Positions 30,021 to 40,596 of a stretch of 64,000 nucleotides of DNA are shown here, piece after piece. Source of the DNA: a bacterium. GTDB lineage: Bacteria > SAR324 > NAC60-12. Below the pieces are notes generated by a model that was given only the letters and a program-made list of their open reading frames with translations, had not been told where the DNA came from and ran no database searches. Within the stretch, counting starts at the first letter, position 1. Every line of letters begins with the position of its first letter. The position numbers were made by a program, and so were the translations under genes. Location of the stretch: contig OZ242383.1 in assembly GCA_965209155.1 (NCBI GenBank), forward strand, positions 2,368,001 to 2,432,000, written 5' to 3'.

Positions 30021-30232
30021 ACGCCTCAAAGATAATTTTGATTTTTTATAAACGTAATTTTATTTTAGCATATACGAAATAAAATAATAAGTACAATAGA
30101 ATTTGTCAATATATTTTTAAAGTTTGCAGGTAAGATCAGGAATCAGACCATCCAATTTCGCAAGAATATCTTCTTAAATTTCGAGGACTACGACAAATGG
30201 ACCTATTCGGAATGAATCTTAACCCGATTCAA

Positions 30233-30838
30233 CTATTTCCAATGCCAATCAGGAAGGTCTTTGCCAGCTTCCCATAAGATTTCTGTTTCTCCCAAGGTAC
30301 TGCTGACCCAGCGACCGAAGACAAACAAGGCGTCAGAGAGACGATTGAGGTAAGGAACGATAGCATCGCCGATTTCTTCATCTAAGCGAAGACGAAGTAC
30401 TTCTCGTTCAGCGCGCCTGCAGACGGTACGGGCTTGGTGAAGGAAGGCATTGAGGGGACTGCCTCCAGGTAGAATAAAACTGGTCAACGGGGAAAGTTCG
30501 TCATTCATGGCATCAATAACTGCTTCGAGCCATTCAATGTCTTTTTGCTTGACTTGAACCTGTCCCTCATATTCGTCGCCGGGCAGAGTTGCCAGTTGGG
30601 AGCCGACATCAAAGAGCTTTTGCTGGATTGCTTGTAATATAACCTCAAACTTTTCCCTTCGTTTGGATGGTTCTTTTTTGCTGTTGAAGCTTCGGACAAT
30701 TCCTAAAACGCTCATCAGTTCATCAATCGTGCCATAGGCTTCAATTCGGGAGTGGGTTTTGGGGATTCGTTTTCCTCCCACCAAACCAGTCTCTCCTCGA
30801 TCTCCGGTCTTTGTATATACTTTTGTGATACGAACCAT
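30233..30838 (-). CDS. PduO-type ATP:cob(I)alamin adenosyltransferase
   Basis: KVYTKTGDRGETGL, AYGTIDEL, FILPGG, ARTVCRRAER and YLNRLSD. Confidence 0.92.
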   Translation of the reverse strand: MVRITKVYTKTGDRGETGLVGGKRIPKTHSRIEAYGTIDELMSVLGIVRSFNSKKEPSKRREKFEVILQAIQQKLFDVGSQLATLPGDEYEGQVQVKQKDIEWLEAVIDAMNDELSPLTSFILPGGSPLNAFLHQARTVCRRAEREVLRLRLDEEIGDAIVPYLNRLSDALFVFGRWVSSTLGETEILWEAGKDLPDWHWK

Positions 30839-31063
30839 ATGAATTGATTCAATTTCGTATGTTAATTTAGCGATGGGTCGACTTTAATGTCCAGTACAGA
30901 ATGTTGTTGAGAAAGAAAAGCTAAAGAGTAACTACAACTTGTAATGAACTGATCGCAAAAGACAGAATAACGGAGACAGAGAAAATTCTTCCCTCGATTA
31001 TTCCTTAGTCGGACATTTGAAAAAAATCAGTTTTAGATTACTGTTAAATTTTCTGAAATAATA

Positions 31064-32074
31064 ATGAAAATTGTCATTCGTACGCCAAACTGGCTTGGGG
31101 ATTTAATGATGTCTACCGCATTTATCCATGCGGTTATGGACCAACACCCACATGCCCGGGTTGACTTGATCGTCAAGGTTGGATATGAGCAGATTCCCCT
31201 ACCCCACCGGGGACAAATGCTGGTTTATGACAAAAAGCGACAACCGGCAGGGAGTTTTGGACTTTCCTTAAAAAAAGAGGGTTACGACCGTTTTTATGTC
31301 TTGCCTTCCAGTTTCTCCTCAGCATGGATGGCGTTCTGTAGCAGGGTTCCGGAACGAATTGGTTATGGTGGCATATTTCGCAGAGTATTGTTGCATCCTG
31401 CGCAATCTTATAAACGTCCTCCGCGCACTCGGCACCTGGTTGAGGAATATGTGGATCTTTTGCAATATCAGACTGGTACAAAACCCATCCCAGCCAATAA
31501 AATTTTTCCTCGACTGTACGTCTCCCCTGAATGGATTGAAAAACAGCTGGTAGAAATCAGTAAAGATTTGCCTGAAAATTACGTTGTTTTTGCTATGGGA
31601 ACGATTTACGGACCTGCCAAACAATGGCCTGTCGAATATTATCGAAAACTCGCCAAACAATTGGTGAAGATTGGATATCCCCTCTTGCTTCTTGGTACAA
31701 AAGCAGATCATGAAGACGGCGAAAGAATCTCTAAGGCAAGCCATTCCATCCGAAATTGGTGCGGAAAGACTTCACTGACTGAACTCATCGCTCTCCTTGC
31801 CCGTGCTCGTTTATTAATTTCCAACGATTCCGGCAGCATGCATATCATGACGGCACTGCAACGTCCACAAATTGCGATTTTTGGTTCCACATGCCCGACC
31901 TGGACCGGTCCATTGAACCCTGAGGCAAACGTTTTCTATCAATCTTTACATTGCTCACCCTGTTTTCAGCGTCAATGCCGCTTCGGTCATTACAATTGTC
32001 TGCGATACATCAAACCCGAAGACGTCTTGCGAAAAGCACAGCAGTTATTGAACTCCAGGGACTCGAAATCATAA
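31064..32074 (+). CDS. waaF: lipopolysaccharide heptosyltransferase II
   Basis: PNWLGDLMM, YGPAKQWP, SNDSGSMH and CSPCFQRQC. Confidence 0.88.
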   Translation: MKIVIRTPNWLGDLMMSTAFIHAVMDQHPHARVDLIVKVGYEQIPLPHRGQMLVYDKKRQPAGSFGLSLKKEGYDRFYVLPSSFSSAWMAFCSRVPERIGYGGIFRRVLLHPAQSYKRPPRTRHLVEEYVDLLQYQTGTKPIPANKIFPRLYVSPEWIEKQLVEISKDLPENYVVFAMGTIYGPAKQWPVEYYRKLAKQLVKIGYPLLLLGTKADHEDGERISKASHSIRNWCGKTSLTELIALLARARLLISNDSGSMHIMTALQRPQIAIFGSTCPTWTGPLNPEANVFYQSLHCSPCFQRQCRFGHYNCLRYIKPEDVLRKAQQLLNSRDSKS

Positions 32075-32296
32075 AATATGAGATGCTTCAATGGAGATGT
32101 TATTGAAAAAATGCGTCAACGTCTTGCCGAAATGATAACCAACCGCTTCGGCCATAAACAGAAAACGAAGGCTATTCAAACGTTTTTGGAATTAGAATTT
32201 CAGATGCTTCCTGCGGGTCTGTGGAGAGGGTACAGACGGACACATGTAATGATCCGATTGCCCGCTGCACCTTTCTCATGATAAATGGTTTTTTAA

Positions 32297-32505
32297 CCTG
32301 AATTCGACATTGCTCTTCAAGAATATGCGTATCTTGAGTGTATTTATCATCCTCGCATGTTCCCGGATCAAGCCCGGGAGGGATCCAGTTTTTGGTATGG
32401 CTGCATACCCCCTGGATTCCTGCTGCCGCAGGAATGACAGGGATTCTCTAAGTAAGAGGATCCCATAACATATTGAATTTATTAAATTCTTATGTCGAAC
32501 TCAGG
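32297..32505. mobile_element. MITE-like element, family B (~209 bp)
   Basis: Terminal inverted repeats CCTGAATTCGACAT / ATGTCGAACTCAGG enclosing REP-like hairpins (CCCGG-ATCAAG-CCCGGG; ATTCCTGC-TGCC-GCAGGAAT). Confidence 0.6.
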
Positions 32506-32509
32506 CAAT

Positions 32510-32785
32510 TTAAGAATTGACTGCAGCTTTCAACTTGCTCCCTGCACTGAACTTTACTGATTTTGAAGCAGCAATTTTGATGGGATCCCCTGTTTGAGGG
32601 TTACGACCCTCGCGGGCAGAACGATTCGAAATGGAGAAAGTACCAAAACCGGTCAATGGAATTGATTCACCTTTTTCCAAACCACTTTTAATCACCTCCA
32701 GCGTTGCATTTAAAAATAATTCCGCATCTACTTTGCTTCTTCCTGTTTTGTCTGCAATCGCTGCAATCAGGTCTGATTTTGTCAT
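32510..32785 (-). CDS. hup: DNA-binding protein HU
   Basis: MTKSDLI, GFGTF and REGRNPQTG. Confidence 0.95.
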   Translation of the reverse strand: MTKSDLIAAIADKTGRSKVDAELFLNATLEVIKSGLEKGESIPLTGFGTFSISNRSAREGRNPQTGDPIKIAASKSVKFSAGSKLKAAVNS

Positions 32786-33344
32786 AATTTTTCCCTTCTA
32801 ATTAGATTAATAATGAGACAACCAACTTGCGTTTATTATGTTATAAAAAGCACTGATCCGATAAAGAAGGTCCTTAACATACAAGCTGACCTGGCTAGCT
32901 CCTGCCCAGGTATAGATAAATTCAACAGTTAAGTTATTTATTCCCCTCAAAATCGGTACCGAGACAATTTCTTTGCCAATTAAATATTCCAAACTGCAAT
33001 GAATTGCATGTATCGTCAAAAATCCTCAACAAATATCGTCCTGGCATTGTTTAGCTCACAACAGCCCGGAAGTCAAGTCTCCTCTTTTTTCTCAATGCAG
33101 CATTGATTATATACCATCGCAAAAAAAGAAAAATGATGTTATTTTATAAAGACGGTTCCAGAATCTGTCTTTACCACGGAAAAGGTACGATAATTGTAAG
33201 TTAAATGTAAAACGCCTGTCGATCAGTTGCTGTTGTTTAATTCCGGTTTCAGATTACAAATTGAAAAAAATTTGTGTTGCATAACCCGAGTCCTCATATT
33301 TCTATCTGTTCAATCGACGGCGTGAATACATTATTATTATTGTA

Positions 33345-33525
33345 CGTGAATCAGGAATCAAAAAACGTGTCATTCCTGGCTTGACCAGGAATCCAGGGGG
33401 ACATGGGCGATTTTTTGGATACCGGATCATCCCGGATCAAGTCCGGGATGATCCGGGACCGGCATGACACATAAAAATTATTAAATTTTTGATTTTATAA
33501 ATTAAATTTCAACCCCTGATTCGCA
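33345..33525. mobile_element. MITE-like palindromic element, family A (copy 1)
   Basis: Ends CGTGAATCAGG...CCTGATTCGCA with core GTCATTCCTGGCTTGACCAGGAATCC; homologous to copies at 42168, 51401 and 59725. Confidence 0.8.
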
Positions 33526-33565
33526 TTATAGTTGGAAAAGATAATCACGACGGGTGGGTGAAATC

Positions 33566-36500
33566 ATGGATGACAATGTAGCAAAGGGATGGGGGTTTTC
33601 ATATATTGTTGGGGTCTCGGTCATCCTTCACGTTTTGGGATTATTCCTGATTCTCATCTTTTCTATGCCAACCGAGAAACAACATCAAAGATCTTCTGTT
33701 CGTGTCGGAATTAAATTTGCTCCCAAACATGTTGTAAGCGATTCAATAACTCCCCTTTCTGATTCACAAGAGGATGGAATCGGCATGCAAGATGAAACTG
33801 TTGAAGGTGGACCTGTCGAATCCACAGTGGCCCCTGTAAAACCCTCACTGCCCAAGAAAGAAGTCGCTGCTGTTCCTGCACCTGAGACACCCAAGACTGT
33901 GGAAGCAACGGTTCCTGAAAAACCTGTATTGCCGGAAATGGAGGTCACTGAAACTAAAACAAATCAAGTCTCTCCAAAAAAAGAAAAGTTGACTGCGCAA
34001 CCGAAAAAGAAACTTCTTCCTGAAAAGGACCAGGTTGTTCAAATTCCTGAAAAAAACGCACTGCCTCAGGAAACAGTGGCTGCAGTTCCGGAAAAACCCA
34101 TCTCGCCTGAGATGGAAGTGACAGCAACTTCTGAGGAACGGATCTCACCTAAAAAAGAAAAGTTGACTGCGCAACCGAAAAAGTCCGCACCAACAGAGAA
34201 TCAACAAGTTGTTCAAACTCCCGAAAAAAAGATAACGAGTGAGAAAATGAAGGTTGCTCATTCAGAAAATCCAACATCTCCGGTCATAGAACAGGTTGTC
34301 CAAGCTCCGGAAAATCGCGAATCAACCGAGAAAAAGCAGATCGCTCAATCCGTAGAGAAACTCACCCCATCTAAAAAGAAGAAAGAAGTGGCTGTGCCGG
34401 AAAAAACGGTCACTCCTGAAAAAGAACAGGTCGTGCAAGTACCGGAAAGCCAGGAACCAGCTGAAAAAGAGCCAGTAGCGCAAGCTGAGGAAAAAGTCAT
34501 TCCTCCCGAAAAGGAAGAGGTGGCTGTGCCGGAAAAAACGGTCACTCCTGAAAAAGAACAGGTCGTGCAAGTACCGGAAAGCCAGGAACCGGCCGAAAAA
34601 GAGCCAGTAGCGCAAGCTGAGGAAAAAGTCATTCCTCCCGAAAAGGAAGAGGTGGCTGTGCCGGAAAAAACGGTCACTCCTGAAAAAGAACAGGTCGTGC
34701 AAGTACCGGAAAAGCCAGTACCCGCTGAAAAAGAACAGGTTGCGCAAGTGCCGGAAAGCCAGGAACCGGCCGAAAAAGAGCCAGTAGCGCAAGCTGAGGA
34801 AAAAGTCATTCCTCCTGAAAAGGAAGAGGTGGCTGTGCCGGAAAAAACGGTCACTCCTGAAAAAGAACAGGTCGTGCAAGTACCGGAAAAGCCAGTACCC
34901 GCTGAAAAAGAGCCAGTAGTTCAAGCTGAGGAAAAAGTCATTCCTCCTGAAAAGGAAGAGGTGGCTGTGCCGGAAAAAACGGTCACTCCTGAAAAAGAAC
35001 AGGTCGTGCAAGTACCGGAAAAGCCAGTATCCGCTGAAAAAGAGCCAGTAGTTCAAGCTGAGGAAAAAGTCATTCCTCCCGAAAAGGAAGAGGTGGCTGT
35101 GCTGGAAAAAACGGTCACTCCTGAAAAAGAACAGGTCGCGCAAGTGCCGGAAAAGCCAGTACCCGCTGAAAAAGAGCCAGTAGTTCAAGCTGAGGAAAAA
35201 GTCATTCCTCCTGAAAAGGAAGAGGTGGCTGTGCCGGAAAAAACGGTCACTCCTGAAAAAGAACAGGTCGCGCAAGTGCCGGAAAAGCCAGTACCCGCTG
35301 AAAAAGATCAAGTAGTTCAAGCTGAGGAAAAAGTCATTCCTCCCGAAAAGGAAGAGGTGGTTGTGGCGGAAAAAACGGTCACTCCTGAAAAAGAACAGGT
35401 CGTGCAAGTACCGGAAAAGCCAGTACCCGCTGAAAAAGATCAAGTAGTTCAAGCAGAGGAAAAAGTCATTCCTCCTGAAAAGGAAATAGTGGCTGTGCCG
35501 GAAAAAACGGTCACTCCTGAAAAAGAACAGGTTGCGCAAGTGCCGGAAAGCCAGGAACCAGCTAAAAAAGAGCCAGTAGCGCAAGCAGAGGAAAAAGTCA
35601 TTCCTCCTGAAAAGGAAATTGCGGCTGTGCCCGTAAAACAGGCGGATCGAACGCCCAAAAAACCGGAACCGGTGGCAGAACAAAATATTGTCTTAGCACC
35701 TAAAAAACCAACGCTTCAAATGGAAGTGGCTGCGGTGGAGTCGGTACTTATTAACAAGACAATGCCAACCGTCCACGGTGAACTGAGCCTCAAAACTGAA
35801 TTAAAACAAGCACCTCAGCTCCCTGCCAAACAATTGACGAAAAAAACAAATACCGCGCTCTTACCCAAATTAAAACCCAAGATTCTGGCCAAATCTTTTT
35901 CCAAACAGAATCGAACTCAAACTTTTATTTCCGAAAAATCGCCGTCGGCAATACAACCCCGGGAGTTAAGCGATGCTCCTTTGTCAAAATTATCCTCAAG
36001 ATCCAAAAAAGAGGTTCTTTCTTCCGATGAAGTCCTGGTAGAGGCTCCCAAAGCGCTAAAAAAAATGGAAAAACCCCCTTCCGTTTCCGTTCCGGATTCT
36101 CCGGCCCCTTTGATTTCCAAGTTAGAAATTGCACCCCGTGTGTCGGATGAAGCCATCACGGAAACACCTGAATTGCAGCTCAAGGAGCCTGCCACTGTTC
36201 TTGCGCGTGAAACCTTGGATACCACCTTGGAACTGGAAACTTTGGAGCCAACACCGGATGTGGCTGATAAAGCCATCACCGAAACACCGCAGTTGGAACC
36301 TGCGAATCCCGCTCCCGAACTCTCCACTGAAACCATCGCTGAAAGCTTGAAATTGGAGCCTTTGAAATCCACTCCGGATGTGCCTGGGGAAACCATCAAA
36401 GAAACGCCTCAACTGGAACTCGCGGATGATAAGGTAGTTTTGTCGGATGAGGCCATAGACGCAAATCTGGAACTGGAACTCGCTTCGGAAGTTTCAAGCG

Positions 36501-38326
36501 AAGCTATTGAGGCCATTCCGAAACTGCAAACAGCGAAACCGGTATTGAATCTCTCGAATGAAACCAATGCCGCAAACCTGGAATTGAAACCTTTGGAGCC
36601 TGCACCGGATATGGCACATGAAGTTGTCAAGGAAATTCCCAAATTAGAATCCAAAGAAGCCGTGCCGGGGATCAAAGCAAAATCCGTTGTTGCAGACTTG
36701 GAATTGGAGTTGAAGTCTGTGGAAAATATTTCACAAGAAACCATCACTGCCACTCCCAAACTCGAGTCGTCAAAACCTACACCCAAACTTTCGCAAGAAA
36801 CCATCGCCAATATCGAACTGGAACCTCTAGAACCAACTCCGGAGGTGTCTCACGAAGTTGTTTCCGCAACACCAAAATTAAAACCTGCAGGACCCGCTCC
36901 CAGTCTTTCGGATGAAACTGTTGCTACAAAGCTGAAACTGGATCCCTTGGAACCATCTTCGAAAATGTCACGCGAACTCATCGTAGCGACTCCAAAATTA
37001 GAGCCCTCGGAATCTGAAACTGAAATTCCGGATGAAACTATTGTCACCAAACTCGAATTGGAATTAAAACCTTCTGCGAAAGTGTCTCAGGTAGCGATCA
37101 CTGCAGCTCCCGAACTCGAACCCGCGAAACCTGCCCCTGGTCCCTCCGACACGGTCATTGCCACAAATCTGGAACTGGACTTGGAGTCGGTTCCTGAAGG
37201 ATCGGATGAAGTCATCATGACTACTCCGGAATTGGAGCTAGAACCCACACCCGATTTAGCAGAGGATGCCATCGCCGAGTTGAAGTTGGAACCCTTGGAA
37301 CCCGCTCCTGATGTCGTGAATGAAGAGATCACTGCAACCCCGGACCTGGAAACCGCTGCACCCGTTCCCGGAGCATCGGATGAAGCCATCGTTTCAAACC
37401 TGGAATTGGACTTGGGACCGGTTCCCAACGTATCCGACGAGGCAGTTACGGCAATTCCCGACCTGGAACCTGTGGGGCCTGTGAATGGAGCATTAAATGA
37501 AGATATCGACACAAGCCTGGAACTTGATTTAGAACCCGTCCCAGATGCCTTGGATGAAGCAATTACGGATACACCGGAATTGGATTTGAAACCAGCGCCT
37601 GATCTTTCGAAGGAGACAATTGCTTCACTGGAATCAAAACCTTTGAACCCCACACCTCAACTGTCCGATGAAGCCATCACGGAGACCCCGGAGTTGGCCT
37701 TGAAACCCGCACTAGAATTATCGGATGAAGCGATCGCTGCCTTGGAATCGGAGCCCTTGGAACCCGCCCCGGCAGTCAAGGACAAAGCAATCAATTCGAT
37801 ACCAGATTTGCAGACCAACGAAGTCGCTCCCGATACCGTGGAAATCTCTCTGAACGTGGTGCCGGAGCCGGGTTACACCCTCGTTGACAAAGAAACAGAC
37901 ACTCGAAATTTCGAATTAAAAACAGAGAGTGACTCCAATTCATTTGCAGTGGCCAAAGCAGACGCCAGCAATTTGAAACCAACAATTGCAGGTTCCAAAG
38001 TGGCTCCTGGTGAGGGTAATGTCGCTTTTGGCCCCTCTTACCAATTGCGCTTGGAGCGCGAACAATACAATGCATTGATCGCTGTCGCAGTTCAACAGGA
38101 GTTTGAGGCCCCCGACCACCATAGAGATAAAAATCTAGTTGTGCTCATCGAAGTCATGATTGGCTCCCATGGACAACTCGTTGAACACAAATTACAACGA
38201 AGCAGCAGAGTCAGTGAATTTGATTTTGCTGCCATCACGGCAGTGAAAACCGCGCATTTTCCAAGACTTCCGGAACATTTATCAAAAGATCCACCCTATG
38301 TCGTTGTTTTGAAAATCTCGCCTTAA
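33566..38326 (+). CDS. giant TolA/TonB-like protein (~1586 aa) with a long repetitive linker
   Basis: N-terminal TM with SVILH (the TolA/TonB S-H motif), E/K/P/V-rich linker, C-terminal RSSRVSEFDFAAITAV...FPRLP TonB_C-like domain; lies directly upstream of tolB. Confidence 0.8.
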   Translation: MDDNVAKGWGFSYIVGVSVILHVLGLFLILIFSMPTEKQHQRSSVRVGIKFAPKHVVSDSITPLSDSQEDGIGMQDETVEGGPVESTVAPVKPSLPKKEVAAVPAPETPKTVEATVPEKPVLPEMEVTETKTNQVSPKKEKLTAQPKKKLLPEKDQVVQIPEKNALPQETVAAVPEKPISPEMEVTATSEERISPKKEKLTAQPKKSAPTENQQVVQTPEKKITSEKMKVAHSENPTSPVIEQVVQAPENRESTEKKQIAQSVEKLTPSKKKKEVAVPEKTVTPEKEQVVQVPESQEPAEKEPVAQAEEKVIPPEKEEVAVPEKTVTPEKEQVVQVPESQEPAEKEPVAQAEEKVIPPEKEEVAVPEKTVTPEKEQVVQVPEKPVPAEKEQVAQVPESQEPAEKEPVAQAEEKVIPPEKEEVAVPEKTVTPEKEQVVQVPEKPVPAEKEPVVQAEEKVIPPEKEEVAVPEKTVTPEKEQVVQVPEKPVSAEKEPVVQAEEKVIPPEKEEVAVLEKTVTPEKEQVAQVPEKPVPAEKEPVVQAEEKVIPPEKEEVAVPEKTVTPEKEQVAQVPEKPVPAEKDQVVQAEEKVIPPEKEEVVVAEKTVTPEKEQVVQVPEKPVPAEKDQVVQAEEKVIPPEKEIVAVPEKTVTPEKEQVAQVPESQEPAKKEPVAQAEEKVIPPEKEIAAVPVKQADRTPKKPEPVAEQNIVLAPKKPTLQMEVAAVESVLINKTMPTVHGELSLKTELKQAPQLPAKQLTKKTNTALLPKLKPKILAKSFSKQNRTQTFISEKSPSAIQPRELSDAPLSKLSSRSKKEVLSSDEVLVEAPKALKKMEKPPSVSVPDSPAPLISKLEIAPRVSDEAITETPELQLKEPATVLARETLDTTLELETLEPTPDVADKAITETPQLEPANPAPELSTETIAESLKLEPLKSTPDVPGETIKETPQLELADDKVVLSDEAIDANLELELASEVSSEAIEAIPKLQTAKPVLNLSNETNAANLELKPLEPAPDMAHEVVKEIPKLESKEAVPGIKAKSVVADLELELKSVENISQETITATPKLESSKPTPKLSQETIANIELEPLEPTPEVSHEVVSATPKLKPAGPAPSLSDETVATKLKLDPLEPSSKMSRELIVATPKLEPSESETEIPDETIVTKLELELKPSAKVSQVAITAAPELEPAKPAPGPSDTVIATNLELDLESVPEGSDEVIMTTPELELEPTPDLAEDAIAELKLEPLEPAPDVVNEEITATPDLETAAPVPGASDEAIVSNLELDLGPVPNVSDEAVTAIPDLEPVGPVNGALNEDIDTSLELDLEPVPDALDEAITDTPELDLKPAPDLSKETIASLESKPLNPTPQLSDEAITETPELALKPALELSDEAIAALESEPLEPAPAVKDKAINSIPDLQTNEVAPDTVEISLNVVPEPGYTLVDKETDTRNFELKTESDSNSFAVAKADASNLKPTIAGSKVAPGEGNVAFGPSYQLRLEREQYNALIAVAVQQEFEAPDHHRDKNLVVLIEVMIGSHGQLVEHKLQRSSRVSEFDFAAITAVKTAHFPRLPEHLSKDPPYVVVLKISP
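34385..35630 (+). repeat. 132-bp (44-aa) coding tandem repeat, ~9 copies plus a partial copy
   Basis: GTGGCTGTGCCGGAAAAAACGGTCACTCCTG recurs with few substitutions at 34388, 34520, 34652, 34829, 34961, 35093, 35225, 35357 and 35489; one unit carries an extra 45 bp. Confidence 0.92.
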
Positions 38327-38418
38327 CTTTTCAAGTCACCCCTGTCAGAATGGCTGGAACTCGAGAACTCCTGTTAAGTAAAAAATGCTCAGACGAAATT
38401 ATTTACGAGGAATTGGTT

Positions 38419-39687
38419 ATGGTAGTACGCATCACCGTGTTTGGAATTTTATGCTGGATCACTCCTTTTTTCGCTTCAGGACAGACCTATTCTCCTGACG
38501 TCGTATCGATTGAGGGACTAAAATTTTCCCGTTTTGTACTTTCTGTAAAAACACTGGCAAATTTTTCGGCACATTCCAAAGCGACAAGTTGGTTGTATGT
38601 CTTGGAGAAAAACCTTTGCTGGAGTGGTGTTTTTAAGTTGTTTGATTCCGCCAATAACTTCTGCCGGGTTACCGGTGAACGATTGGATTTGCAATTGCAC
38701 GTGGGAATCAAAGAAACCGGTAGACCTGCTGTGATATTGACCGTTGCGGACTCAGAAGGAATCGCACTGTTTGAGGAAATAATCCCTCTTGTGCAAAATC
38801 GTCTTCGGGAAACAGACGTGATGGAAGTGATCAACCAAATCACTGAAAAACTCACCGTACAACCAGGCATCTTGGGGTCCACAATTGCTTTTAGTTTCAA
38901 ACAACCCGGTTACAGGAGCGTGATTGCTCGCATCAATACTCATGGTCAACACCTCGCTGCGGTTTCTCACAATCGTTTCATCAGTATCATCCCTGAATGG
39001 AATCCTGATGGTACTTCGATTGTTTACACGGTGGTTAGTCGTTCCGGGACTTCAGTATACCACGATGACCTGAGAGGAAATACTCGGCTCTTGGTTAAAA
39101 GAGAGGGGGTCAATACAGGCGGTACCTGGACAAAAAATGGCAAAGCGCTCATTTTCTCCTACAGCAGAAACGGCAATGCAGATCTTTATATGTATCATCT
39201 GGAAACTCAAAAACTCACCCGATTGACCACTCATCCTCGTATCGACACATCACCTTCCTTGTCACCGGATGGTAAAAATCTTCTCTTTGTTTCAGACCGT
39301 GCCGGCAGTCCGCAAATTTACAACATGCGATTGCCAAGCAAAGAAGTGCGTCGCGTGACCTTCACGGACTCCCGAAATACTGACCCGGTTTGGAGTCCGG
39401 ATGGCTCTTTGATTGCTTTTACTAAATTCACTCGAGGCAGGGACCAGATTTATCTCATGGACAGTGCAGGAGAGAACGTTCGTCCTCTCATCCAGAGTCC
39501 ATATCCCTGTGAACAACCTGCGTGGTCCCCGGATAATCGGCAGATCGTCTTCTCATCCAAACGTGGAAAAGATTTTAAACTTTATACTGTTTTTTTGGAC
39601 GGAAAAGGATTACGTCGATTGACCCAAACTCCAGAAGGTTATCATGAGCAATCTCCTTCCTGGACACTCCGCCGAATCGATTTTTAG
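38419..39687 (+). CDS. tolB: Tol-Pal beta-propeller protein TolB
   Basis: PD40 repeats (PEWNPDG, SPSLSPDG, PVWSPDG, PAWSPD). Confidence 0.85.
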   Translation: MVVRITVFGILCWITPFFASGQTYSPDVVSIEGLKFSRFVLSVKTLANFSAHSKATSWLYVLEKNLCWSGVFKLFDSANNFCRVTGERLDLQLHVGIKETGRPAVILTVADSEGIALFEEIIPLVQNRLRETDVMEVINQITEKLTVQPGILGSTIAFSFKQPGYRSVIARINTHGQHLAAVSHNRFISIIPEWNPDGTSIVYTVVSRSGTSVYHDDLRGNTRLLVKREGVNTGGTWTKNGKALIFSYSRNGNADLYMYHLETQKLTRLTTHPRIDTSPSLSPDGKNLLFVSDRAGSPQIYNMRLPSKEVRRVTFTDSRNTDPVWSPDGSLIAFTKFTRGRDQIYLMDSAGENVRPLIQSPYPCEQPAWSPDNRQIVFSSKRGKDFKLYTVFLDGKGLRRLTQTPEGYHEQSPSWTLRRIDF

Positions 39688-39696
39688 GATTATTCT

Positions 39697-40596
39697 ATGA
39701 CTACTCACAAGGCTTCCAAGGTAAAGACTGTTTTAAATCACCTTTGGATATATGGAATGATGGGAGCAAGCGGAATATTGGTTGCTTGCGCTCCTCCGAA
39801 TCCAACCCCGGTGGCCACGGCCCAATCGGGTTTACTCAATAATTTGGAGACACGAATCCAGAACCTGGAAAATCAATCCAAGGTGCAGGATCAAATGCAA
39901 ATGGAATGGAGCAGTGTTCAAGATAGAATAAAGAAATTGGAAAAACTGCAGGATAACCTTCAAGAAATCAAACAGTTAGAGCGGAATCAGAATCAGTTGC
40001 TGCTGGAGTACCAGGAAGAGTTTGAAGATCGCATGGCCCGTTTGGAAGCTGATCTGGAACGAAATTTTCAACGAATTCGCAAAATAACAGCAAACGCACC
40101 GCTTCAAAATGGTACTGGTGTCTCCAGCGAACAAGCGTATTCCCAAACTGATTCGGCGCAAGATTTGGAGATGTCGGGGTCAGACGATTCTGCAGATTCC
40201 CAAACACCTGTCACCCGACCTCCCAGCGTTGAACAGCAATTTGAAATTGCGTCGGAATTGTATAACACGAAACAGTTTTTTAAATCCATTGAACTATTGC
40301 GAGAGTTCAGAAGGAAACATCCCCAACATCCCAGTGCGGTGGAAGCCCACTATTTGATAGGAGATGCCTATTATTCCTTGCAAGATTACCCCTCTGCTGC
40401 CATTGAGCTTTACGACTTTGTTGAACAAAACTCCCATCATCCCAGTACTATTGACGCACGTTGGAAACTCGCGCAGTCACTTGAAAAATCCGGAGAACTT
40501 GGACTGGCGCTGAGTATCTATCAGGAACTGGCGAGTCAAATCGATGCTCCTTATCAGGAACAAGCGCAGAAAAAATTGGAGGAGTATGAAAATTAA
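39697..40596 (+). CDS. cpoB: CpoB/YbgF-like TPR lipoprotein
   Basis: Lipobox LVAC, coiled coil, C-terminal TPRs (EAHYLIGDAYY); follows tolB. Confidence 0.7.
   Translation: MTTHKASKVKTVLNHLWIYGMMGASGILVACAPPNPTPVATAQSGLLNNLETRIQNLENQSKVQDQMQMEWSSVQDRIKKLEKLQDNLQEIKQLERNQNQLLLEYQEEFEDRMARLEADLERNFQRIRKITANAPLQNGTGVSSEQAYSQTDSAQDLEMSGSDDSADSQTPVTRPPSVEQQFEIASELYNTKQFFKSIELLREFRRKHPQHPSAVEAHYLIGDAYYSLQDYPSAAIELYDFVEQNSHHPSTIDARWKLAQSLEKSGELGLALSIYQELASQIDAPYQEQAQKKLEEYEN

Noticed and set aside
30031..30050. Fur box upstream of the small ORF and bfd
   Set aside because: Only about 11/19 match in AT-rich DNA; not distinguishable from background.
34322..35683. 453-aa Phe/Arg-rich ORF on the minus strand
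   Set aside because: Antisense shadow of the TolA-like tandem repeat.
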